Part shown: positions 24,105-36,300 of the stretch, in pieces
How positions within the stretch are numbered: position 1 is the stretch's first letter
How the letters are laid out: every line of letters begins with the position of its first letter
Virus record (IMG/VR): IMGVR_UViG_3300009155_005562
Reading direction: 5' to 3' (one strand)
Length of the DNA: 58,318 nucleotides
Origin: an uncultured virus (IMG/VR IMGVR_UViG_3300009155_005562)
Taxonomy: Duplodnaviria > Heunggongvirae > Uroviricota > Caudoviricetes
The notes under the pieces: generated by a model
What the model saw: only the letters and a program-made list of their open reading frames with translations
The model's database searches: none
Told to the model about the DNA's origin: nothing
Position numbers and translations under genes: made by a program

Positions 24105-26194
24105 TATATACTCATTGCGATACCTCTAATATCATCAACAAACGGATATAGATTGTTGACGCTAGAGGTTAAAATAATTTTAAAGGCAAAGCTCTTATAT
24201 GTATCTAGTGCTGCTAGATTAGAATTATAATATCTAACAACGTTATTGCCGATATAATTCTTAAATGCAGTATTTTTATACGTAACTTTTTCTACAATCA
24301 TTCCAGACTTGACGAAGCTAGAAGTCTTCGTATTAGAAGTGCTTACATTTGACTGAAGATCTATAGTAAAGTTAGTAGTTGTTGAAGCCGAGACTGGAAC
24401 GACTAGGGAGTTGTTTGGGAATAGAGGGTCATAAATTCTAACAACATCACCCTGTGATATACCAGTATTAACAGTACCTGATGTGCCAGTTACTGTAAGA
24501 GAATTATTAGGTATGGTAAATTTACCGGCCTGCAAAGTACCAGCAGCTTTAGTACCGGTTGTATAATTTTCCACCGGGTAAGCAGGTAATCTATATTCTA
24601 ATTCTATAAAGTCAGTAAAATCAGCAGCAGAGCTAAACAAGGTAGCAGGGCTCTTAGGTTCGAGTCTTGTCCATTCTTTATCGGTAAAGACATCCGAATC
24701 ACTTTCGTTATAGAATCTTACATATACATGAACATCGGTACCTGATGGTCTAAAGGCAGTTAGATAAACTCGAATATCTTCAGAATCTTGCCCATCAGCT
24801 AATGTAATTCTTTTTGATATATGTCTTGCTACAGCGTTGCCGTTTGGTTTATTCTCATCTGTTATGTCGTTATTAATTAGGAATTCCTCGCCGAAGAAGA
24901 ACATATCTTCCTCATCTAAGAAGGGCGAGGTAAACTCATTATCACTACTAAATGTTATATTAAAATTGAATGATTTATTATTTGTAAGCGTGGCGCCGTT
25001 CGCAACTTCATCTGATCTAGAAAATAACTGAGTAGTAGTATTCAACTTCCATTTTTCTCTATTTTGAAGTATTTCACCATCGGACACCGCCGAATAAGTG
25101 GCACTAGCCATTGAACCGGTTACGGTTGAATATGTATTAGGAGGAACTACTATGTTAAATGCCGACTCATATTTAGTCAGTAAAAAGTTATTTAATTCGC
25201 TTACTATAGCCGTAGCATTCGAAGCTTCACCTACTACTGTATTTGAGGTAGTATTAGGGTAGAAGTTAAAGGTACTATTTGCTGTTGAGGCCACTAAAAT
25301 AATAGAATTAGCACCAGGGTTATATTTAAATAGTTTACCTACAGGTGCTACTAGATATTGCGCTGAAGAATTTGTAAATGGCGGATTTTTTTCCAATATC
25401 ATTGTAGTATTATTCACCACACTATCAACAGCTCTTATAGAGTAGCTTGTACCACTTTTAAGAACTATATAACTAGAGGCATTAAAATCTGTAGCAAATC
25501 TGGTACCAGTACCGGTAATTGTAGTAGATGTAGCGGACATACTTACAGTCTGCGCAGCAACGGCACCTGTATTTGCAAATACCAGCTCGCCACCTATAAA
25601 GTCCCCAATTATATCCGTAGGATCTACATTAAGAAATTCCATATTTCTATTAACTGCGCTATATGTATTGCTGTTGGTTATAAATTTCTGAAAATTAACA
25701 GTAAACTTAAGATCTGTATCAGATTGCGGTGTAAGTGTGGTGCCATTAGTTATTACAAAGAATCTACCATCTAGGGCACCTTTAGTCACAGCAGGGCTGG
25801 CTACGTTATTGTATGTTTCTCCAGTTTTATTAGCCCAGAATGTATAGTCATTATCATTAAAGTCCATTCTGATTACCATCGCATACGTTGCATCAGTTTT
25901 AACTGGTACTGGTACAGGGAATGTAAAGGTAGTAGCTGCGCTTCCGTCTGTTGATGTTAGAATGCTGGAATATTCTAATCTTTTTCTGCCATAAGTTACA
26001 AAATTTGTTAGATCAGGAACAGCAAATCCATTCTCAAAATAAGTGGGGCATAAAAAAACAGTTACACCGCCTTGAGCTATTGAGGGTTTGTTTCTAAAAT
26101 AAAGTTGAACATTAGAAACAAAAACAACCTCAGCATCCTTTACGGAGGTTCTATCTAAAAAGAAAGTTTGAGCTAGATCTGCTGCAATTGCCAT
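24104..26194 (-). CDS. Virion structural protein (C-terminal part of the DUF4815/VrlC-like family)
   Basis: DLAQTF...V.LYF..KP, DLKF, ISKRITL...DIRVYL.A.RP.GT.V.VY and F..KIIL.S.....P...D.R.IA motifs. Confidence 0.7.
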   Translation of the reverse strand: MAIAADLAQTFFLDRTSVKDAEVVFVSNVQLYFRNKPSIAQGGVTVFLCPTYFENGFAVPDLTNFVTYGRKRLEYSSILTSTDGSAATTFTFPVPVPVKTDATYAMVIRMDFNDNDYTFWANKTGETYNNVASPAVTKGALDGRFFVITNGTTLTPQSDTDLKFTVNFQKFITNSNTYSAVNRNMEFLNVDPTDIIGDFIGGELVFANTGAVAAQTVSMSATSTTITGTGTRFATDFNASSYIVLKSGTSYSIRAVDSVVNNTTMILEKNPPFTNSSAQYLVAPVGKLFKYNPGANSIILVASTANSTFNFYPNTTSNTVVGEASNATAIVSELNNFLLTKYESAFNIVVPPNTYSTVTGSMASATYSAVSDGEILQNREKWKLNTTTQLFSRSDEVANGATLTNNKSFNFNITFSSDNEFTSPFLDEEDMFFFGEEFLINNDITDENKPNGNAVARHISKRITLADGQDSEDIRVYLTAFRPSGTDVHVYVRFYNESDSDVFTDKEWTRLEPKSPATLFSSAADFTDFIELEYRLPAYPVENYTTGTKAAGTLQAGKFTIPNNSLTVTGTSGTVNTGISQGDVVRIYDPLFPNNSLVVPVSASTTTNFTIDLQSNVSTSNTKTSSFVKSGMIVEKVTYKNTAFKNYIGNNVVRYYNSNLAALDTYKSFAFKIILTSSVNNLYPFVDDIRGIAMSI

Positions 26195-26205
26195 TTTTTA
26201 TTCCA

Positions 26206-26754
26206 TTAAGTAAGTAGAGTTTGTGAGCCAAGAGTAGTGGTACTTTTTGAATTTGTTCTAGTATCTATAACATCTCTAACAACATTAAATGTGGTCTCAT
26301 ATGTTCTATTAATACTTTGCTCGGCATAACACCGTGCAATCGTTCTAAAATTATCTGGAAGACTTGAGCCGTTTATACTTGCCCGGTCAACTACTACTAC
26401 ATTTAATAATTTTGTATTTCTTTTTAAAGCATTAATAAAGTCGGCTTCAGGTACATTTTTAATATTAGGGACAGGATCACTAAAATAAACGTAGAAGCTC
26501 ACATTACCATTACCGTCAGTCTGTAAATTACCGCCCTTCTGCCCGGTATAAGGCTGGATATTACTGGTGCTAACAAGAACACCATCAATATAAACATTAA
26601 GATCTGTTCGTATATTTAGTCCGTAGATATATACTTCAAAGCTTTGACCTGCGATTTGTTGAGATGAAAGAATACTCGATGATATTCCTTGATCATTTGA
26701 TCCTGCAGGTATAGCAACCTTAAACGCGGATGTATTGTTTAAAAAATTAGTCAT
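26206..26754 (-). CDS. Hypothetical structural protein (middle segment of the DUF4815-like module)
   Basis: 'GL...TDLNVYIDG...LQTDGNG' resembles the segment that normally joins the DUF4815 halves. Confidence 0.5.
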   Translation of the reverse strand: MTNFLNNTSAFKVAIPAGSNDQGISSSILSSQQIAGQSFEVYIYGLNIRTDLNVYIDGVLVSTSNIQPYTGQKGGNLQTDGNGNVSFYVYFSDPVPNIKNVPEADFINALKRNTKLLNVVVVDRASINGSSLPDNFRTIARCYAEQSINRTYETTFNVVRDVIDTRTNSKSTTTLGSQTLLT

Positions 26755-29700
26755 TACTTCTTACCTCTGAATTTTCTAAAAATATTAATGCAGTAATCTA
26801 TAGGTTTACAAATCGTAGCTATAGGAGCAAAAGACCAACCCACAACCAGCGCTATGTAAGCTCTTAAAGTGTTTAAAGGGGCTTTAGGATTAAAAATAAG
26901 ACCTAAAATATACCCTAACAGTACACCCCAGGCTGTTACAGCTGCCCCTGTTAGTGTAAAGTTATATCCCTTTCCGCCTGTCATTACCCACCCCATAAAT
27001 TGAGCCCAGTCATCTATACCGGCATACTTTATAGCAAGCTGTGTAATTTTATTTTTAATCTGTTTTTGTTTTTCTTTATTTTTTATAAATTCAAACCCAG
27101 GGGTGTCTTCATTTCTCAACACCGCAACTATAAAGGAGGCGAAATATAGATATCCCATGTAGCTTGTAGGGTATCTTTTTAGATATATTAATCCAAACTT
27201 TTGATCTAGCTCATTTAGAGTCTTATCAAGTTTACCTTGAGATGCTAGCTCTCCGCAAATAATTTTAAATCTCCTTGGAGGTTCAGGTGATGCATATCGT
27301 TGAGTAATGCGAAGTTCGGCCTTAAGCTCTACTTTAAGGTTTCTTGGCTTAATACTCATATCACCTACGAACACATAATTACCCCCAGTCCCTGTCACGG
27401 CAGAAGTAAATTTTCCTTGATTAATAATTGCAGATACTCCGTTTGGTGGTAACATTAAAACTGATTCACCAAAATTATTAAGACCTGGTTCAGCTAAAGG
27501 GTCCTCAGATCTAAGACTACCTAATGTATTAGTATTACTGTAATTAAATCTGCACATTAAGTTTAGTTTATCTGACGGAGGTACAAGTAGACTTATTGCC
27601 TGGTTAATCTCGCATGTTAACTCAGGGTTGCTAATATCTGTAGCAGCATAGTCATTAAACGGATCTACAAAAAATCCATTTTTAAATCTATTTTTAGCAG
27701 GGTCCAGCTCACTAGGAATGTTTATATCTTTTACTGATTTTTCTAGCTCGTTAAGGCTAGTATAGTATTCTAAATCTTCAATTCTACGTTCAAGTTTACC
27801 AATATCAGCCATAGTAAATCTTTTTGGCTGAATGCTCTGTAAGGTCATCCCTACTTCTTTTACTGTATAATTTTTTTGCTTATCATATATTGGACCGCTA
27901 TCTCCTCCTACCTTCGTAGCACCTAAAGCTACTACATTATCATTAGGTACTACTGGTACGGTAGGATACGGCGGTATATCTAGAATAGCTAAGCTTACTG
28001 TACCTACTGGTGTATTAGGAGGCTGTTTGTTAACTTTATCTGCTCTACCCTCAATAACTGTAATATTACTATTTTTGTCTATTACAACTCTGTCCTGTCT
28101 GCCAATAAATGCAGAAAAGTCGTATGTAAATGAAGAGTCAGGCTGGGGGAAGAGCTTATCATGTGTGCCAAGATTTACCGTATTGGGTGGGTTGACATTA
28201 GCACTTGCTAATGTACTAGTTAAAACCGTCGTGTTGGTAGTTCTAGGTCTAAAATCCACTACATCAATAATATTATAAACCTTACCTTTGCTGTCCCTAA
28301 AATCTGGTATTTCCCCTGGATTAACAGCTGAATTACCCAATGCACTTCTAGTAGCGTTGCTGAAATCTACGGTGTATGAATCTGTCACGAAGTATCCAGC
28401 ATCTGCAGGTGAGGTTAGGCCGTAAGCGTCAACCTCTACTAATAGCCAATCATTATTATTATCTAATGTAATTTTTTTCTTGTCTTTTAATACTAAATGT
28501 GAGTGCCCGTAATAGTCGTTTTGTTGACCATTATTAACATAAAAGTATTGAGTAATACTAGTAGAATTAGTATTAACACTACTATTTCCGATGTATACTT
28601 TGTTTAGTCTAAAAACATCTGGGATACCTAAACACCATGGTCCTCTATTAGTTGCAACATTATTAGCTAAGCGAAGCTTTACTAATAATCCTCTTTTAAT
28701 TGACTTAGATACCTCTTGGGCACCAGTGACCTTAGCGTTATATGAGACGTATACATTAGCAGATGAGCTGAAAGTAAGCTGCCCGGCAGTATTACTTAAA
28801 TTAATTGTTAGGGTAGTGCCCGTATTGTTTAAGTTAGCCGAAACTCTTGAATCTTCGATTGGGATAGGTACATTGGCTGGAAAATGTCTTGCAGCGTATA
28901 GTTGAGTATTTGTACCGTACCCCCAATTATTAGCTACAGTTAGAGTGAAAGCATCATCGACTGATGTAACCTGAGTAAACATAGTCTGTGCGGTATTACT
29001 GTTATTATATACTTTAATAAAGTCACCGGCTTCGAACGGATCACCTATACCGGTAGCTATAATAGTTTTGCTAGAGCTTGTTGCAGTAACATTAGTAGTT
29101 ACATTACTTGACGTAGCATTAACTATAGGAGTAATTATTAGATCTCTTCTCTGGACAGAGGATAGAGTTACATTATTTCCATATGGAAATCTAGTAGTGC
29201 CACCTGTTAATACTAACGAAATTCTAGCCACAGTGCTTATATTTGACTGAGCGGATGTTCTGTAGCTATAGGATACATTATTTGTACTATAAACAGTTTT
29301 TGAACCTGCTAGATCATCTACAGGGAAAACTAATGAATTAAAAGTACTATCGCGTAACAATGCTACATTAGCGCCTGATGCAGGATCATCGCTTAGTATG
29401 ATGTCAGCAATGCCATCATCTGTCCCGTTATAAAAAATACTCTTAACATTATTTTTAAACGACTTTCCTTGGTCTACTCTTATATCAAAAAGATACATTC
29501 TATAAACAGCAGTGTTAGTGCCTGGTGTGCCGCTATCAAAAACCAGAGACCTAACTTTAGCAGTACCTATTTTATTACCTGCAGGCGTAATAGTAGAATT
29601 AGCAAAAGTACCTGTAGTTATATAAGTTTTAGCTGTGTCGTATAGGTCTACCGAATCACCAGTTTTAAAATTAAACTGCCCTGCTAGCTCTCTTACATTA

Positions 29701-31337
29701 ACAAAATTTCCATAGTTTAAACTTAAAGTTTGATTAGTATAAGAGATACTATCATTACCTCTTCTTGTGTTGAGTCTAGTAGCTCTTTCTGTACCAACTC
29801 GTACCCCATCAATATATGCTAGACCAGGCTCCACTATAACGTCAAAATAAGTATTGCTCCAAGTTTCTTTATCGGTTGAAGATACTAAAAAAGGATCTAT
29901 AACAAAGTTACCATTAGTCTCATCCGTTCTTCTTTCGAATTCTTTTGCAATTTCTGAGTAAGATGTTGTTTTAAACTGACGGTAAGGTTGACCATCTCTA
30001 AAATCAACTAGCGGAAAGAATGAATTATTAGATGCAGCATTGGAAGTGTTTATTACTTCTAAGGTAGGTGTGAGCTTTAAACGATGCGCACCTGGTGCGG
30101 CAAAATTAGATGTTCCTGTTGCAGTGTCAAGAAGAGACGCATCAGCTGAACTATTGACTATACTTTCGTTTGATATAAATCCTACCGTCACATTATCTAC
30201 ATTAGAGCTATAAGAATTAACTATTATAGTCTGAGGCTCAACTCTTAAGAACATTCCTTTCTGGTAAATAATACCTTCGGTCACTCCGAATGCATACGCT
30301 GTACCGACGGGGGTAGTACTGTTAGCGTTGTAAGCATCTGAAGCTACAGTTACTTGACCGGCGTAATTTAATGCAGTAATATTTACTGAACTAATTGCTC
30401 CTACTGAACTACGAATTCCAACGTGAGGTACGACTACGTAGCCACTGCCCACCGCAGTAAGGGACACATCCGATATTATACCTGAGCCGTCTGTTGTAAT
30501 GGTAGCTTTAGCTCCTGTACCTATCAACGCTACTACGTTAGCTGTATTGCTACCCTGTAAAACACTATAGTTAGGTAAAATAGACCACTTAGCAGAATTT
30601 GCAGATGAGTTAGCTAGATCATTGGTTATAGGTCTAATTCTAAGTATTCTATAGCCGTCATTATTACTATAAGTAATACCGTTTACTGTAATAGTACCGA
30701 AAATAGAATTTGCTTCAGTAACTGTAGCGTTAGCCGTATTTGTGCCTACGACTTGGGTGATATCACCTGTAGTAACATTACTTGATTTTACTAGAAGCGC
30801 GCTAGTAATTTGTACTGAGTCATTATTTGATATAGATGTACCACCATTAGTTATGGTAAAGTCATATAATCTCCAATCTTGATTATAGACTGTAAGTACA
30901 TCATTATTAGAATAAAAAGGTGTATTACCTGTGATACTTGAATTTAAATAATTTAAATAGAGATAGTTAGTTTCTGGATCGCGTGACTGATAACCGGTTT
31001 TGTAATTAACTACCTTAGCAATTAAATTGGAACTATTTTTAACAAAAAGGCCTTGATACCCGGCTGGATTAACAGGCATCCCGTCTACCTGCTCATCTAA
31101 AATCTTAACATAGTTTAATCTATCATAAAACTGAAAGTTAGTACCGCTTATAACTGTACCAGACTTGAAGATATGATCACCAAATCGTTCTATTTGCTTC
31201 TGTAGTATATCTTGAAGTTGAGTTAATTCTCTAGCTTGAAGAGCTACACCAGGCCTAAAAAGAACCTTTGCAAAGTCTTTCTGTTCGCTATAATCATCAA
31301 AATACGGGGTTGTGTTAAGATTTGTCTCGATTGACAT
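26754..31337 (-). CDS. Large virion structural protein DUF4815 (VrlC-like)
   Basis: TNLNTTPYFDDY...VLFRPG.ALQARELTQLQ.ILQ.QIERFG, APGAHRLK, FTMADIGKLERRIEDLEYYTSL, RFKNGFFVDPF. Confidence 0.85.
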   Translation of the reverse strand: MSIETNLNTTPYFDDYSEQKDFAKVLFRPGVALQARELTQLQDILQKQIERFGDHIFKSGTVISGTNFQFYDRLNYVKILDEQVDGMPVNPAGYQGLFVKNSSNLIAKVVNYKTGYQSRDPETNYLYLNYLNSSITGNTPFYSNNDVLTVYNQDWRLYDFTITNGGTSISNNDSVQITSALLVKSSNVTTGDITQVVGTNTANATVTEANSIFGTITVNGITYSNNDGYRILRIRPITNDLANSSANSAKWSILPNYSVLQGSNTANVVALIGTGAKATITTDGSGIISDVSLTAVGSGYVVVPHVGIRSSVGAISSVNITALNYAGQVTVASDAYNANSTTPVGTAYAFGVTEGIIYQKGMFLRVEPQTIIVNSYSSNVDNVTVGFISNESIVNSSADASLLDTATGTSNFAAPGAHRLKLTPTLEVINTSNAASNNSFFPLVDFRDGQPYRQFKTTSYSEIAKEFERRTDETNGNFVIDPFLVSSTDKETWSNTYFDVIVEPGLAYIDGVRVGTERATRLNTRRGNDSISYTNQTLSLNYGNFVNVRELAGQFNFKTGDSVDLYDTAKTYITTGTFANSTITPAGNKIGTAKVRSLVFDSGTPGTNTAVYRMYLFDIRVDQGKSFKNNVKSIFYNGTDDGIADIILSDDPASGANVALLRDSTFNSLVFPVDDLAGSKTVYSTNNVSYSYRTSAQSNISTVARISLVLTGGTTRFPYGNNVTLSSVQRRDLIITPIVNATSSNVTTNVTATSSSKTIIATGIGDPFEAGDFIKVYNNSNTAQTMFTQVTSVDDAFTLTVANNWGYGTNTQLYAARHFPANVPIPIEDSRVSANLNNTGTTLTINLSNTAGQLTFSSSANVYVSYNAKVTGAQEVSKSIKRGLLVKLRLANNVATNRGPWCLGIPDVFRLNKVYIGNSSVNTNSTSITQYFYVNNGQQNDYYGHSHLVLKDKKKITLDNNNDWLLVEVDAYGLTSPADAGYFVTDSYTVDFSNATRSALGNSAVNPGEIPDFRDSKGKVYNIIDVVDFRPRTTNTTVLTSTLASANVNPPNTVNLGTHDKLFPQPDSSFTYDFSAFIGRQDRVVIDKNSNITVIEGRADKVNKQPPNTPVGTVSLAILDIPPYPTVPVVPNDNVVALGATKVGGDSGPIYDKQKNYTVKEVGMTLQSIQPKRFTMADIGKLERRIEDLEYYTSLNELEKSVKDINIPSELDPAKNRFKNGFFVDPFNDYAATDISNPELTCEINQAISLLVPPSDKLNLMCRFNYSNTNTLGSLRSEDPLAEPGLNNFGESVLMLPPNGVSAIINQGKFTSAVTGTGGNYVFVGDMSIKPRNLKVELKAELRITQRYASPEPPRRFKIICGELASQGKLDKTLNELDQKFGLIYLKRYPTSYMGYLYFASFIVAVLRNEDTPGFEFIKNKEKQKQIKNKITQLAIKYAGIDDWAQFMGWVMTGGKGYNFTLTGAAVTAWGVLLGYILGLIFNPKAPLNTLRAYIALVVGWSFAPIATICKPIDYCINIFRKFRGKK

Positions 31338-31346
31338 TTTTACCTC

Positions 31347-33362
31347 TTAGAAATCAAGCACTACTCTGAAAACTTCAGATTGAGTATTACTTCTAGTAAC
31401 TGGAAGAATATTTTCTACGTATAAAACTTTACCCGAACTTTCAACTATATCCGGCTCGTATCGTGTCGATCCTAATGTATAACTTGCTGCACTGTTACCG
31501 GAATAAAGAAGTTGATTAGGATTTGCAGTTATAGTGCCTTTTTCATTAGTAAGAAATATAAAGCTTGAATTACTACTATGGAAATATGCATTACTATCAG
31601 CTATACTAGTCTGATAAACAAGTGAGTCTTCAGGTATTACACCAGCCGAAGAAGAGTAATTAATCTTTATTCTATTATCAAAAAAATTCCAACTATTATA
31701 ACTCTTATCATTAATATTTATTGCAGAAATATTAGCCCATGCGCCTGATTCACTACCAATAATCTTACTACCGGTATAGAATTTAGGCTCGACGTTAGAT
31801 AAGTTCATGTACGGTAAAGTATTTCCTGCCCTGATTCCGCTAGCAGTTATAGCTGCATGAGCTATAAGAGCACTAGCAACGCTAAAGCCAACATTACTAT
31901 TTACTGATAATGATGTTGAATTAGCTATTGCGGTTACAGTTCTTAAGCACTGCACATTACCCACTGTGTCAAATATGATAACCTCATCGCCCGTCTTTAA
32001 TGATGAAGTAAAATCTGTAGTGGTACCGGTGATCGTATTAGATGTAGCTCCTGTAGCTACTACTCCAGTTAATATCTTATAGTCTACTTGGTATATTTTT
32101 TCCGTGCCGGTAAACGTACCTTGAGTTTGATTAAGTGTAAAAATAACATTATCATATAGAATGTCTCTTACAATACCGTAGGTTCTGAAATCATTTTCAG
32201 TAGTAACATAGTCATTTTCGGTATTGCTTAATTTTACACTGACCCCAAGGAGTGAGGCGCCTAACTCTTCCGGAGCGTTATATCCATGACCGCCAGCCGG
32301 TGGCATAACTACCCTCAATGAAGCAGTATTTGACACGCCGCCAGTATTACCAGTAACAGTGGCAGATGCATATGTGTAGTTATAACCGCGATTAGTAATT
32401 TTTACTGACGAGATAAAATTATTAACAGTAGCATTAGACGAAACAATAGCATACGCAGTAGCCCCTGAGCCGTCCCCTGTAATAGTTACACTTGGATATA
32501 TAAAATAACTTGTAGTAGAATCAGGGCTAGCGGAGAAGGGCGAGGATATTGTTATAACTCTATTACTAGAATTGTATGCTAGAATATTCCTTTGTTCACC
32601 TGCTCCGGTACCAGAAGAAAGATAAATTGCGCTACCAACGTAAAAACTACTGTTAGAGGCTGCATTAGAAACAAGTCTATAAGTAGTATTATTACCTGCA
32701 AATAAAGGTATAGTATCTCTAACATCGTCGGATTGAAATTGACCGGTTAAAGTGCTTACATACCCGCTCCCGCTATCAGTAACAAGTATATTATCTATAG
32801 AGCCGGCAACAGCAGAACTAGATACATTAGTACTAAAAGCTACAGGCATGTAATCAGTAGTAGCAAACTTTTCAAAGTTAGCTTCATCTAACTTATACAT
32901 GAGTTTCCACATGTACCCATCGGCTGTGGTAATAAAATTACAAGCGGTCTCTGAAGTGCTAGAAATAGGGCTTACAGTTGATGTACTACCATAGTTATTA
33001 TCCAGGACTTTATAAACGTAATAATATGAACCGTTGTCTACTACTACATAAAACTTTTTAGAAAATAGAGAGGTATCTGTATCTGAATACTGGCTGTATA
33101 CTGTGTTTGATGTCCAGTTATATCTGGGTATCATTGTAGCTACGTCTGAAGTGGTGATCTTTTTACCAAAGATTAATTCTTTATAAAAATTAGATTTTAA
33201 CACCTCTGTATTATCATACAGCTCCGGAGGTACATTATCATCATTAAATTCAGTATGTTTTGATACAAACAAATAATAAACATTATTTGAGCTTTCCGTA
33301 AAAGACTCTATAAATTGATCTATTAAGTGTAGTTTTGAATAATTTGTTAAAAGTTTAGTCAT
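31347..33362 (-). CDS. Baseplate wedge subunit gp8-like
   Basis: IPRYNWT, FYVV, VYKVLDNN, DGYMWKLMY, GGHG...ELGA, NDFR, SGKVLYVENI..R...Q.E. Confidence 0.85.
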   Translation of the reverse strand: MTKLLTNYSKLHLIDQFIESFTESSNNVYYLFVSKHTEFNDDNVPPELYDNTEVLKSNFYKELIFGKKITTSDVATMIPRYNWTSNTVYSQYSDTDTSLFSKKFYVVVDNGSYYYVYKVLDNNYGSTSTVSPISSTSETACNFITTADGYMWKLMYKLDEANFEKFATTDYMPVAFSTNVSSSAVAGSIDNILVTDSGSGYVSTLTGQFQSDDVRDTIPLFAGNNTTYRLVSNAASNSSFYVGSAIYLSSGTGAGEQRNILAYNSSNRVITISSPFSASPDSTTSYFIYPSVTITGDGSGATAYAIVSSNATVNNFISSVKITNRGYNYTYASATVTGNTGGVSNTASLRVVMPPAGGHGYNAPEELGASLLGVSVKLSNTENDYVTTENDFRTYGIVRDILYDNVIFTLNQTQGTFTGTEKIYQVDYKILTGVVATGATSNTITGTTTDFTSSLKTGDEVIIFDTVGNVQCLRTVTAIANSTSLSVNSNVGFSVASALIAHAAITASGIRAGNTLPYMNLSNVEPKFYTGSKIIGSESGAWANISAININDKSYNSWNFFDNRIKINYSSSAGVIPEDSLVYQTSIADSNAYFHSSNSSFIFLTNEKGTITANPNQLLYSGNSAASYTLGSTRYEPDIVESSGKVLYVENILPVTRSNTQSEVFRVVLDF

Positions 33363-33363
33363 A

Positions 33364-36300
33364 TTAAACTATAGTTATACTTGAATTGGTAACAGAGACA
33401 GGAGTATTAATATAAGAGCTAGTTAGTACCTTACCAAATAAATTAGTACCGGCTACGTGAAGTATTTGTTTTAGAATATCTGAATATTTATCTAATGGAA
33501 TTTCACTCTGTACCTCATAAGAATATTCTTGATAGTATACTCCATCATGAATAAATTTATTATCGCTTAAGAAACCATCACTGGTTTCAAAATATCCTTC
33601 GCCTGTACCCTGATTAATAACATTTGCCTTACCGGTAGCTTCAATGCCGGTAGCAGAAGAGACCATATCTACGGTTTCTTGATTTAGATATCCCAGCCCG
33701 CTATCAAATATAGTAAGTTCTGAAATACTACCGTTAGCCGTTATTACATTAGCAGAAACTATAGCATTATCCCCTGCATCATTTGAAGTCGCATCACCCG
33801 TAACAGAAATCACCGAGGCATTTGCATACGATGTTATCCCATAAAGAGTATTACTAGATGAAACTTCAAATTCTGTGAATAGGCTTTTTCTCCTGACAGT
33901 AATAAAGTTGCCATTAATAGATCTAACTATACCTTTAGCGGTCTTAATAGAGGTATAGACAGTAGTGTTAAGTATATTGGATGTGCAGTTGGAGGTACTA
34001 CCTGTAAGCTGATAAATGCTAAATGAATTATTTGCGGCCGATATAGTTGTACTACCAGTACTACTACTTGTCACGGCCGTTGCGTTAGCAGCAAAAGTGC
34101 CGCTTACACTTTTTACTATTAGCGTAGTATTATTAGAAGTTACTAATATACCGTTTGCCTGAGATCCTCCGGTGCCTTGTCTTATTAAATCACCGGGACT
34201 AAACAACGAGTTGGAGCTTACTGTGAGCTTGCTAGCTGTAACTGTATTGCTAAATTGACCAATAACGTTCAATACATTTATAACAGAATTAGGAGTGGAG
34301 GATGTTATAGTATCAATAGTGCCTTCTGCTATACGCCTGATACCATTAGTGCTATAAACTAATTCACCGTTTGCATAACTTGAGTTGCCTACTAGATTGT
34401 TAGATGTTATAGTATTGCCGGACAATACTACACTCTGTCTAATATTTTCACCGACTATAAATGATTTATTAACATTAGTAACATTTAATACAACATCTTC
34501 TTTGCCGAGACTCGCTACTGCAGGTTCCGTTATTCTTATAAAGGGAGCCAAATTATAATTCTCACCAGGGTTGATACCGGCTAAAGTTGCAATACTACCA
34601 ATAGTATAATCTTGAAATCTAAAAATATTTAATAAAGTATCATTTATAAGATCTCCAGCCGGAGTTTTAACAAACCCTAGCGGGAATAATGGATAAAGTA
34701 TGGCTCCGGAGCCTGTAGAAGTAGCCACGTTAGCTGAAGGTGAAGAGCTATACCCACTACCAACATTAGAAGCTAATACTACAGAAGTAATACCGCCGCT
34801 GCTATTAGTTACTATACTAGCATTACCTGCTCTAAATCCTGAATAGGTTCCTCCAGTAAAAGTAACTACATCCGCATTTGAATATGAGCTGCCTGAGTAT
34901 AAAATAAGCACACCGCTTAAATATCCATATCCTGAGTTTGCTCCATTAATAATCATATTATAAAAAGGCACGTTAAGTACATTATTAGAAGATATTAAAT
35001 CCTGTGCTAGTCTTACCGACTCAGTATCAGTAATAGAGCCTACTCTAACATTAGCCCCAGATCCGCTTGAAACAAGAGTAATAGTTGCTACTGAATTACT
35101 TTGACGACCTACTATAATGTTACCATTAACAGAATAAAACGCATTGTTAACTGAAGTAATTCCTAAGTATCCTGAGTTAGATCCAATTACATTACCAGTC
35201 GCAGTTACAGATGTATTTGTCGAAATTATACCACCAACATCCGATGATACTATAATTGTACTATTTCCTATAGTTGCATTAGAAATAAGATTATTTGCAA
35301 ACCATTGTATATTACCTGATGGGAGTACTGAGCTATCATTAAGTAGTATTTGATAGCCAAGTTGAGCGGTATTTGGAGTAGCAGTAGATACTAAAGTAAG
35401 ATTAGCTGCGCTCGGATAAACGTTTAATGTCCCGGTATTATTAAATGTACCGCCTACCCCTCTTAATACGACATGAGTAACATTTGTAAACCCGTAATAG
35501 CTTGTATATGGTACAGCAACGACGATGCCGTTGGCTCCCGTCCCGTTCTGGGTAATAAATTGACCTATATGAAAACCTACTCCTGATATAACAGGAGTGG
35601 CATTTATAGTAAGTACGGCTACATTAGATACTGCATTTACTACTGCTTTTGTAAGTAGCGAGGTGCCATTAGATTGATTTACGACTGAACCAACCGGGTA
35701 AAAAATACTAGTATTAACAACTAAAAGTTGCTTTTTAGGTATTTTAAGATTACCATTTGCTAAAATATTATTTGCTAGAGTATTAACAATTATAGTTGCG
35801 CTATTGGAGTTAAGCACATGATCTGACTGTACTACAACAGAATTTGCCCCGCTAGGATTATTAATAAAATCTTTAACCTCCAATAGGCCTACTACCTCAG
35901 TTATTCCTAAGCTATGCAGGTTCTGCTCTACAGTTTCATGGTCGGTAAATGCAGTTACAGAGGTATTACTATTATAGTAATTAGAATATTCTAGAACTTT
36001 CGTTGACACGATAGAGGTGGCATTAACACTATATCCCCACCCTCCATCTACTAAAGTAAACCTCACTATTCCTGTCTCAGAAGAAATAGAATTAACTATT
36101 GCTTTACCAGATATACCGCTAGCGCTTACTATATTGACTATCTCACCAACTACGAATAAGCTACCGCCTTGAGTAATAGTAATAGAATTTAAAGACCCTA
36201 GGTGAACTGGCGCATTTTCTATTATTCCATTCTCAGTAATAATATCACCTGCTACAAAGGGTCCTTTAGCATTGCTAAGGTATAGAATGTCAATTAATTT

